From positions 1,612,001 to 1,676,000 of the forward strand of contig CM035359.1 in the NCBI GenBank assembly GCA_020137815.1: 64,000 bases of DNA, read 5' to 3'. Shown here in pieces: positions 53,862 through 64,000 of this stretch. How positions within the stretch are numbered: the stretch's first letter is position 1; each line of letters begins with the position of its first letter. A model generated the notes under the pieces. It was given only the letters and a program-made list of their open reading frames with translations. It ran no database searches and had not been told where the DNA came from. The stretch comes from Hormiphora californensis. Taxonomy: Eukaryota; Animalia; Ctenophora. The position numbers and the translations under genes were made by a program.

Positions 53862-54033
53862 CAGTCGGACCCCGATTTAGGGCCCCCCGATTTAGTGGCA
53901 CCCCGATTTAGGGACAGGATTTTTTTCCCCCGATATAGGAAATTAACCTTATTTGACCCCGATTTAGTGGACACCCCGATTTAGTGGACAAGAGCCTTTC
54001 CCCCGAGGGTGTCCCTAAATCGGGGTCCGACTG
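53862..54033. mobile_element. TA-flanked CAGT-type MITE inserted in the Polinton-like element
   Basis: TIR cagtcggaccccgatttaggg, TA both sides. Its right half is the reverse complement of the copy at 21436-21520. Confidence 0.85.
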
Positions 54034-54035
54034 TA

Positions 54036-54832
54036 TTATGATAACTATGATTATTTTGATCATTATTATCATTATTTTTGATCATTTAATCATTTTGATC
54101 ATTATGATTTTAATGACCATCATTTTTGATCATTTTGATCATCATTTTGACTTTAATGACCAACATTTTTGATCATTTTGATCATTATTATCATTATTTT
54201 TGATCAATATTTTGATCATTATTTTTGATCATTTTGATCATTTTGATCATTATGATTTTAATGACCATCATTTTTGATCATTTTGATCATCATTTTGACT
54301 TTAATGACCAACATTTTTGATCATTTTGATCATTATTATCATTATTTTTGATCATTATGATCATTATTATCATTATTTTTGATCATTATGATCATTATTT
54401 TTGATCATTTTAATCATTATTCAGATCATTTTGATCATTTTTGATCCAAGAGTTGTCATATCTTTTTACTTTCATATGATCCATATGATTCATATGATTT
54501 CATATGATTTCACGACATAATATATATAATAATATATATCAAAAATAATCCGGATTTTTGATCATTTCGATCATTTTGATCACCATTCTTGATCATTTTG
54601 ATCATAATTTTGATCATTTTGATCATAATGATTTTAATGACCATCATTTTTGATCATTTTGACTTTAATGACCAACATTTTTGATCATTTTGATCATTAT
54701 GATCATCATTTTTGATCATTTTGATTTTAATGGCCATCATTTTTGATCATTTTAATCATTATTTTTGATCAACATTTTGATCATTTTGATCATTTCGATC
54801 ATTTTGTTCATCATTTTGATCATTATGATCTA
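54036..54832. repeat. GATCATTTT-based satellite-like array inside the element
   Basis: Dozens of degenerate 9-12-bp gatcatt(a/t)tt units with higher-order duplication. The same unit occurs in both TIRs. Confidence 0.85.
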
Positions 54833-56269
54833 TGATATCCCACAGTTTGTCCATATCTTTTAAAAAACCTTTTTTTTATTTTTATATGATCCATATGCTT
54901 CATATTATTTCACGCAAATCATATGAATCATATGAATCAATTAATCCGGATTTCAATTAATTAATCCGGATTTCATACACACATTGAAATTTCAAGTGAC
55001 CTGTATATTTCCCATGTTTCACTTATTACACTTAGACACTTTGATATAAAACGAGGTATAGTTAGGTGCAGTTATACACATAGTACAAACTTGAGATGAC
55101 GCCCGTGTTTTACTTTCATATGATCCATATGATTCATATGATTTCACGCAAATCATATGAATCATATGAATCAATTAATCCAGATTTCAATCAATTAATC
55201 CGGATTTCATGCTCACAATGACCTCCCCCGTTGGGGGAGGTCTTTGAATCTGCTGCATGTACCACATGTGCTGCATATGCAGCAGACTCATTCGCCCCAC
55301 CATGTTACCCGGTGGAGCGGGTATTGGGTTGAGTTAAACTCACACATGCAGTTTATTTAGTCACCCACGCATGTACGTTTGGCTGTCAGAGCAGAATCTG
55401 CCGATCGAGAAAATTAAACCCACACATGCAGGTTATTTGGTCGCCCACGCATGCACGTTTGGCTGTCAGAATCATTTCGATCATTTTAATCATTTTGATG
55501 ATTTTGATCATTGTGATCATTTTGATTATAATCATTTTGATCATTTCGATCATTATGATCATAAATATTCCGCATAACTAAATGTTGAGGTAAAAACCCT
55601 CAATATTTGTGTACCCCACTTTTTGGTGTGACAGCGGTACTACTTTATCTACTACTTTACTACTACTAGTACTAGAGACTAGAGAGAGAGAGAGAGAGAG
55701 AGAAATGGAAAAAAAATTTAAGATTGGAACATGTCTCGATGGGCCCCTTGAAATAATGGAGAAACAGTCAGTGATACACGTATCAAATACTCCCACGGTC
55801 CCCCTCTGTCCCACTGAATCTCTCTCTACTCTTTATCTCGATCTCTCAAACTCTATCTACCATGTATATCTCTATACTTTCTCTCCCTCTGTCTCTCTGA
55901 AAGTATTTGTAAAGTATACATGTAAAGAGATATGAAGGTCGAGACAGCAAAGTTTGCATGTTATGTTTCAAGTCGTTTCATACAACACTTCTTGATTCTT
56001 CTCAGCAGATAAGGGGGGGGGGTAGAAATATGGACCGTAGAATCAGAGGCCCTCTGATTTAGAGGGATGAAAGAAGTAGGGACTGTGGGTTCTACTCTAC
56101 TCAGTGTCACTGCAGTGAGTGCAGAATTAGAGCGGGCCGGGGCGCTAGAATATGAACTGTATCATCACTATAAATCACGAGGGAGGACTCTAGAATTAAT
56201 TGGACTGAGAGACAAAAAAGTAGAGACCATGATAGTCCATTTAATGTAAAGACAGGGAGAAGGATTGAG

Positions 56270-56600
56270 ACGGGAGATAGAGTATGAGGCGGGATCTAAA
56301 CAATGAAAGATAGGGACCATACCCTCCTCTTCAAGTTGAATAGTCCTATACAAAGAAAGCAAGCACGACAGAGGTACACACATGTGAACTGTGCAGTGTT
56401 GAATCATGAACGGACCCTGGTTATAGCTATTGTTGAACTATACTGAACACTCCACAAAGTAAATTGAGAGGACTGAATAGTGAATACTCCACATACCATA
56501 TGCAATATTGATTGTTGGGTACGTGACTATTGAACAAATAACGAACACCTTTGTCCTTTTAAAGGCCTTGATGTACTAATGACCTTGGAGAAGTTCTTGA
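56270..56600 (-). pseudogene. Possible decayed PIF/Harbinger transposase fragment
   Basis: The minus strand encodes PGSVHDS (~56400-56420), preceded across frameshifts by YPTIN..MVCG, resembling HSINVQxVCD...PGSxHDS of HARBI1-type transposases. Multiple stops. Confidence 0.3.
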
Positions 56601-59375
56601 AGACGTTTACCAAGTTGAAAGAACAATGAAAAGCTTGGCCAACTACTGGTGTCAACAAATTTATAAGATAGATATCATAAATCTCTCCGAGTCCTAAATT
56701 TGTCAAATAAGGATTGTCATTTGTCAATGACATCACCACCCCAACTGCACACATTGGTCGCCATGGTTAACGTCATAGCTATAGATCATATGTAAGATGG
56801 AATTCTAGAAATGGGCGTGCTGTGGAAACAGCGTGAAACTTGATCGGTAGCCGCACAGATGGCCTGGAGTTGTGAGCTTATAGCTGGCTTTTCCTATAGC
56901 TATCTTCTTTCCATCTCTCTCTCTCTCCCCTCTCTCTCTCTCAAAACCCCCCTTTTGGGGGGGAAAAAACTTTTCAAAAAAAGGGGGCACCTCACGGCTA
57001 ATTTAAAAAGATATAGCACCTCACAGGAAAGCTAAGACTTCGTTCTTTCACTAAATTGAACTTTCTATATTTCTCGATTTTTTGAGGTGCTGAGTAAATT
57101 TCCAGTGGCCACAGCTATGTTGCTATGATCATTTGAAAAAATTTGGTAGTTGCACAAGTTAAAAAAAATGACCATATACACACCATCATTCATCGTGAAC
57201 GGTCTTCAAGAACAACACTACATCTACTACTTCATACACCTTTTCTCTCATCCAAACATGCCAACTCCTGAAAACACTAGTACCATCAATAAATCACTTG
57301 GCCCATGCTGAGGGCCACGTGCACACGCCAAAAACTCTAAACTTTGTAAATATGTGAGACATGTTAAATCAATTGTAAAATAAAATACTCTTCCTCTGTA
57401 TTATGTACATACACCTGTAATATTATATATGACGTAATTCACCACTCTTTTCTATTAAAACCCAGCAGTCCTTCTTCACTATCACCCAAGTAGCACCTCA
57501 ACACCCTAGAACATGATTATCATAACCTCCCCGACCTTGCATTTACACACCCCTTCACACCCCTACTCCCCACTCACTCAGCTAACACTCACACCATCTA
57601 ATATAGCTCTCACCTCTGTACGACCAAGAATAGCAATCAGATACCACACGAAACGGACACCGTCCCAAGATGGCAACGGTACTATCAATTTCTACCAATT
57701 TCTCAAAGGCAAAACGTTACCTAGTTCCAGATTCATATAGGGAATTCCCAAGTTCTACTTGGTTAGGCCGGGAGTTAGACTCCTTGGAGCGTTTGAGGCG
57801 ATATGCTCTGCATAGTCCGAATCGCAGCACCACAACAACAACAACAACCTTCTTTTTAGTGTGCGAATAAATATGTGTGGCAAGCATTTAAGATAAATCC
57901 TCATCCCCAAGCTGCCCATACAACCCCTTGGCATGACATGTCCCTAGCATTGACAGTTGCTCTAATTCTTTGTTGAGTAACCCCTTGCTCTAACAGCTGT
58001 GAGATGAGCAACTTGTCCCCCTAGCTCCCCCCGTGACCCCTTGCCTAGTTAGATCCTGTTTACAAATGTGAAGGGCGGGTTGAGTGATCAACATTTAATA
58101 ACTTGTTCACTGTTTGAGGTTTCAGGCAAATTGTAGAGGACTGAAGAAGGAAGAGGAGGATCAACAAAGTGATATCACTGAAGAGGAAGACCTTGTCCTG
58201 AGTAAAAGATAGAAGGAGGCCGGACTGAAGATTGGACAGATAAACTGAACTGAATATAATGTTTTTCATGTGTTTTTTGTGTGACCTAGAGTTTTTACCG
58301 CTTCTCTTATTGTCTTGTCCCAGTAGCTGCCCTAATAATCCAATATTATTATTAAATGTGCATCCCAAATGGTTTTTTGTTACTAAAATTTGAAGACTAT
58401 AATATTTGTGTGCGTGTTCATATCTTTTTTCCCCTTGTGGTGCCGGTATAATAGTGTTGACTAAAACTATGACACTGGGATGATACCTATTTTAACCTGA
58501 CAATGTTAGGGTAAAGAAGAAGTACTTTTATTTTAAACCTTCTATCTCGAGATAAATTAAGAGTCACCCAGCTTCAAACATATATCAATATCACGATAAA
58601 CTTAAAGACGATAGCTATCTGTGTGAGAGAGATTGTTTTTCCCTACCCTGTTTCTTACAGAATCGTTATTAACGTGTTTTTATTTGCCACTTTACTCCTT
58701 GGAAATTTAGAAATGGCGCCTCAAAAACAGCTTGTTTAACGCCTTAACGGGTCTATAAAAAGCTGTGGAGGGTGAAAAGTGGCCGAACAAGCACTTGAAG
58801 CAGATAAATGCTCAAATGATGTACTTTTTACATAGCAGTGTCACCCCCGCGCGCGGACAGCACGCCATGGATAGATTTGAAAGGAAGACGGTAGGGAGTG
58901 ACTAGCGCGGAATATGTTACATTGCAGTGTATTGAGCAACTCACAAAATGTAATGTTTAGAATACAGGATGGGTGTTGGTAAGATTTGATGTGTTTTTTA
59001 GAAATGCAATTAGTCGGATCTCTCATTTCATATTTGAGTAATGTAAGAAATGCATAAATGATAAATCATTAGATAGTAGTGACTTCTAATAATACACTCA
59101 ACGAAAAACATTAACCAAAAACGAAAAGATTATAAAGAACTCCTAGTATTGTAATTACTCTATCTCTCTCACACACTCTCTCCCTCTAACTCTCTTTCTC
59201 TCTCCCTCTCTCTTTCTCTCTCTCTATGCACGTTGGTCGATAAAAAACTAAAAATTGTGCCCGGTTTCATTTCAACATCACGCACACCCTGTATGTATTA
59301 TATAACCAAATCATCACACGATGTAACACACACACAGATGTAAGGGAAGGTCCACAGAATCATTTACACAAACAC

Positions 59376-59409
<34 letters not shown>

Positions 59410-59436
59410 ACACACACACACACGCGACGCCGGGGG

Positions 59437-62044
59437 CTACTGTGGAAGACGCGAAGTCAAAACGTACAAATTGCTATTGGTTGTCGTGTCGTCATTTGCT
59501 GTCCTACTCTCTAGGATAATCATCTTAGCGCTGGATAGCAAACGGAACTGTTTTGATTCATCCTTCACCTGGGAATGCGGATTGTTAGACAAACAACGTC
59601 ATGGTAATACGGGTTGGTCCATAAAACCTAACTAAAACATCCATGGGGGTGATGCAATATATCAATATATACATAGGTCAAAGAAATGTATCTTACCTCA
59701 GCATCAATTTTCCCTGATATTAGATTTCTACCCTCCATACCGGCCCTATGGAACCCTAAAACTCCGCCCTCCAGAAACACGATGGAGGAAATTGGAGTTG
59801 AGAAAGTTATGGCACTTTTGGCTTTCGTGGCAGCCTTTTGGAGTCCACTCCTGTTAACAAACATTGCCTGGCGGGAGGGAGTGGGTTAGGGAGTGGGTTA
59901 GGGAGTGGGTTAGGGAGTGGGTCAGGGAGTGGGTTAGGGAGTGGGTTAGGGTAATGTTCTAACCATCCTTTGCAGTAGGGTGGGAGGTCAAACAACAAGC
60001 ATAGCGTAGCAAGGGAGGGGCTAGTAAAGTTAAAATTAAACTATATTATATAGCAGATAGCTTGTATATAATATATATATTGAGCTATATAATAAAATAT
60101 ATATTATAAGCTCACGCTTACAAAGGAAAAAGAACGTACCCTATTATCAAATCCGACCAACAGTGTGTCCGGTTCAATTTGCCGTAGTGTCGTTATAGGG
60201 AGGGGTGATAATTGTTGTCCACCAAGGAATACACTGCTATTATTCAGGTTGACTGTCTCCATTATTAACCCTCGGTCTCCTGGAATTATAGTGGATTAAT
60301 TCAGTGGTGTACTTTATGTACTCCTGGAATTTAGTAAGTTTGTATTAACAATCTCGGCCGCGGCAACTTGAATTTCATCTTCCGTAATTATGAGAGTCTG
60401 AGACCCATGATCATAGCGTGTATCATGATCAAATTGTATACATTCATACACAGTCATTATATGTGTAACAGTCCTAAAGCGTTATTATACACAGTAAAAC
60501 TCAGTGTGTCTCATATTACTAGTCTGGCATCGTGATTGGCTTCATGTGTAAACGCACTAAATACACACTCTTATATATTATCTTTCTCTCACTCTCTATA
60601 TATATCTATCTCTTACTCTTTCTATCTTACTCTCTCTCACTCTCTATCTCTTACTCTTTCTGACTCTCTCTGTCTCTCTCTGTCTCTCTCTTTCTCTCTC
60701 TCTGTCTCTTTCTCTCTAATTTTCAATTCTTCGATCTTTCTCTTTATTCCGTTGGCATAGTTACAAACTTTTCAGAATGTCTGAGGTTTGAGTAATTATT
60801 TGAAAGTCGTTTATTGTTACATTCTGACAAACAAACAAAAGTAATCGTCCATACCTTGATAAACTGAAACGCAGATGCTGGGATAAGGCTCATCGGGTCG
60901 AATAATACTTTCAAACAGGGGCGGGTTATAGTCCTGAGAGAGTGGAGTGAGAGGGGAGGGTTATAGTCCTGAGGGAGGGGAGTGAGAGGGGCGGGTTATA
61001 GTCCTGAGGGAGGGAGTGAGAGTGGAGGGTTATAGTCCTGAGAGAGGGGAGAGGGGAGTGAGAGGGGAGGGTTATAGTCCTGAGGGAGGGGAGAGTGGAG
61101 TGAGAGAGGGGGTTATAGTCCTGAGGGAGGGGAGAGTGGAGTGAGAGGGAAGGGTTATAGTCCTGAGGGAGGGGAGTGAGAGGGGAGGGTTATAGTCCTG
61201 AGAGAGTGGAGTGAGAGGGGCGGGTTATAGTCCTGAGGGAGGGGAGAGTGTGTTACACATCATTAACATCATTAACATCGATTAACAAATGGCCTATTTG
61301 AGCTTCTAGCTCAGGCCGCTTTCTATAGATTTTCCTATTTTGTTAATCGATGTTAATGATGTTAATGATTCAAAAAAGTTTGTATTGTTACACAAATTAA
61401 CATGACCACCCCCTCCCAACTTAAATCTGTAACGTACCGGCATTGGACATGGAATGGATTTGATGCACTCGAATTTAACCCGCTCCGTTCGCCACATATA
61501 CAGAAGAAAGCTGGTTGGAGTTAATACGCAGCACAGGTATTCTCTTGTATAGGGTACCACTGAGGGAGAGTTTTAGGGTTGTGATAAATGAAGAAACAAC
61601 AATCAACAATGGGGCAAAACAATAAGAACAGAAGGGGCCGGGGGGTAATGATCGAGCGACTTTCAAAATGGGTCTTGGTGGCAAAATGTAAACGTTCTAC
61701 TTACGAACTGCACAGGCTTTTTTCACGCCCCTGGTTTCATTCAACCTCTGACTTGCCATCAACTTCTTTCTTGACACCTGGAAACGATATATTGTAGAAA
61801 CATGAAGGGTCGAGAGAGAGAGAGAAAGAATAAAAGCGAGAAATTCCCCGAAAAATATAATATTTAAAGAGAAAGAAATGAAGCAGGGAGAGAGGGAGCT
61901 ACATAAAGATAGAGAAATAAAGAAAGATAGAAAGGGTTACTTACCTGTCGTTCTTCATCCTGCACATTTTCGTGAAGCAACAAAAGGTTGTGTGAGTAGA
62001 CGTAGGTGTGGTCCCCTGAAATCGTCAACAACCTGGAAGCAATG

Positions 62045-62106
<62 letters not shown>

Positions 62107-63270
62107 GAGAGAGAGAAGAGAGCGAGCGACTCTACTTCCTCTCGCTCCCCCTCTGCTCTCGCTCTCTTTCTCGCCTCTACTCTCTCTCCGTCTCTATCTC
62201 CGTTATCTCTCTCTCATCTCTCTTTCTCTCTCTCCTCTCTCTCTCGTCCTCTCTTTCTCTCCTCTCCCTCTCTTCTCTCTTCTCCCTCTCCCCCATCCCT
62301 CCTCGCCTCACCGGACCTCCCCCTTCACCCGTGTTTTCTATTTTCCTCTACCTTCCCGCACCACCCCTGCGTTGCTACCCGTCCCCCCCTAAAAAGTAAA
62401 CACCACTCAAACTTGTTTATTTAGTCACGTTACTGGCTTATCCAGCCAATCAGGGAACCAGTTTTTCCTGATGTCGGTTCGGTTTCTGGAGGTTCGACAT
62501 ACATGTTTCCAACATGGTGTTTCACAACTGTTTTGTTGAGTAACCGGAAGTGAAGTACAAATTTGAATCATAGCACACTTTTCTTCTCCTTCTCACACTT
62601 TCTCCTTGAATTCCCTTAATTACTCCCTTTCTCACTTCTCTTCTCTCTCTCTCCTTCTCTCTATATAACGACTTCTCATTATTTCCTCTACTTTTCTCAT
62701 TTCTACGTGAGACAGCTAGGAGTGTAATCATTGTCACCATCACTATGACTCACATTATGTCACGGGCTGGGCTCCGAGAATTAGAACAGCGGCGTAAGAC
62801 TAAAGGGTGGGTCAGAAGGAGAGAGATAAAAAAAAACAAAACCACAATGCCCATGGACCCATTAACACAAACTGCAACCCATACAAAACTGACAAAACAC
62901 ACGATACAAAACTGACAAAACAAACATGTATACACACTAACCAATTATGTTTGTCGTACACACTCAGCCATGTGACCTCGTTTTGTTCTCAGAATCACCA
63001 TACGGATCGCCTTGGTCGCTATATTCCAGAGTATATAACTTGTTCAGAGCCAGAAGCAACGTATACTATTCCTCCTTTGAGGGGTGGTCCATACCTGGGG
63101 GGTAGATAGTTTTCGGAGCTATACTTGTTACCCACAATGCCGGATTTTGTCATGTGAATTGCTCCATTGTCTCTCCTCGGAATATAAAATGTCAAAATAT
63201 AACACCTCGGTCGCGACTAATAGTTTGTCATCTATAAGTGAGACCACTTTTTCATTGATGTTTACTTGTT
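59437..63270 (-). CDS. MAP4K (GCK-I; MAP4K2/3/5-like) kinase, C-terminal CNH-domain exons, 5' part outside the window
   Basis: Spliced exons give VTWLSVYDKHNW|LLTISGDHTYVYSHNL...|VSRKKLMASQRLNETRGVKKACAV|LVPYTREYLCCVLTPTSFLLYMW...|DYNPPLFESIIRPDEPYPSICVSV|...ETVNLNNSS...QIEPDTLLVGFDNR|AMFVNRSG...ITFSTPISSIVFLEGGVLGFHRAGMEGR|...FRLLSSAKMIILESR...NSNLYVL*. This is colinear with the MAP4K3 CNH domain as I recall it. Exons above ~62940 contain indels. Confidence 0.8.
59877..59951. repeat. 12-bp repeat (GGGAGTGGGTTA)x6 at an intron 3' end
   Basis: Direct inspection. Lies directly before the acceptor at 59868-59870 on the minus strand. Confidence 0.9.
60918..61248. repeat. 34-42-bp minisatellite x9 overlapping a splice acceptor
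   Basis: Nine copies of gggttatagtcctgag followed by G/A-rich tracts. Confidence 0.9.
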
Positions 63271-63299
63271 TTTGAAACATTAGGGGTATGTGGTGTGAG

Positions 63300-63671
63300 G
63301 TCCCGTCCCCCCCCCAAAAAGGATCCCCTCCCCCGTCCCAAAAAGTACCCTTCCCCCCACTTGCCCCAAAAATTTTAAAAAAATTATTTAAAAATTCCCG
63401 GGGGGGGTTTCCCCCAAATGGGGCATAGGGTAATTAGGGCCCCCATCAAGGGCTATTAAAAGGTTAAAAATTGTTTCTATAAAGTTTTAAAAACAAAAAA
63501 TTATGGCTAATAAAAACTAAATTTTTTCTTTTAAACCAAAAACCCCCTGATTTTTTTTCTTTTTTTCCCCCCTTTTTTTTTCTTCTCTTCTTTTCTTTTT
63601 TTTTCCCCTTTTTTTCTTTTTTTTCCCCCCTTTTTTCTTTTTCTTTATTTTCCCTTTTTTTCCCCCCCCCC

Positions 63672-63702
<31 letters not shown>

Positions 63703-64000
63703 AAATTTTGGGGGGGGGGGGGGGGGAAAGGTTTTTTTTTGCCCCCAAAAAAAGGGGGGGGGGTTTTTTTAAAAAAAAAAAACCCACAGTCTATGGGTCC
63801 GGCTTTTTATTTTTCAAAAAAGGGAAATTTGGGGGGGGGGGAAAGGTGTTTAAATTTTTAAACGAAAGATTTATTGGGGGGATTTTTTCCTATTTTTTTA
63901 ATTTTAAATTCAAAAATTTTTTTTTTTAAACAAATTAAACCCCCCCCCCCAAATTTTAAAAAATTTTAAATCCCCCCTTAAGGAATTTTGTCCCAATTTT
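63300..64000. other. Low-quality homopolymer-rich sequence
   Basis: Runs of C, G, T and A typical of a degraded read end. The ORFs here are artefactual. Confidence 0.75.

Larger units (their letters stand above)
48747..55656 (+). mobile_element. Compact Polinton/Maverick-type element (6,910 bp) without integrase or capsid genes
   Basis: Termini AGTAGTAG.../...CTACTACT. TIRs ~48747-48989 and ~55414-55656, with the first ~200 bp identical. TTACTA duplicated at 48741-48746 and 55657-55662. Encodes a pPolB. Confidence 0.9.

Noticed and set aside
59877-59951. Interstitial telomere
   Set aside because: TTAGGG alternates with a different hexamer in a 12-bp unit inside a short intron. It is not a (TTAGGG)n tract.
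60918-61248. CRISPR-like repeat-spacer array
   Set aside because: The 'spacers' are near-identical G/A-rich variants, the context is a eukaryotic intron, and there are no cas genes.
63464-63929. Lys/Pro/Gly-rich ORFs
   Set aside because: They derive from low-quality homopolymeric sequence.

Overview
Intron-rich, repeat-rich nuclear DNA from an invertebrate animal. The divergent Shaker-family channel, GPCRs and MITE landscape are compatible with a ctenophore, but that is inference only. Host genes reconstructed by hand from GT-AG exons are two rhodopsin-class GPCRs, a P-loop sulfotransferase-like gene, a Shaker-type Kv channel with a non-canonical S6, an aquaporin (NPA/NPP) and the CNH-domain end of a MAP4K (GCK-I) kinase. 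The main feature is a complete 6,910-bp Polinton/Maverick-type element at 48747-55656. It has AGTAGT termini, ~240-bp TIRs and a 6-bp TTACTA target-site duplication. It encodes only an intact 1273-aa protein-primed PolB and a small C2H2 zinc-finger protein, with no integrase, packaging ATPase, maturation protease or capsid ORF. A second recurrent pattern is tandem duplication of 3' splice sites or branch points in three unrelated host genes. Many non-autonomous DNA transposons (hAT-, MULE-, Harbinger-, Tc1/pogo- and Helitron-like) are present, several nested. Parts of the sequence are low quality (single-base insertions in exons, scrambled tracts next to microsatellites, homopolymer-rich final ~700 bp), so frameshifts should be read with caution. 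All homology calls come from motif recognition, not database searches.
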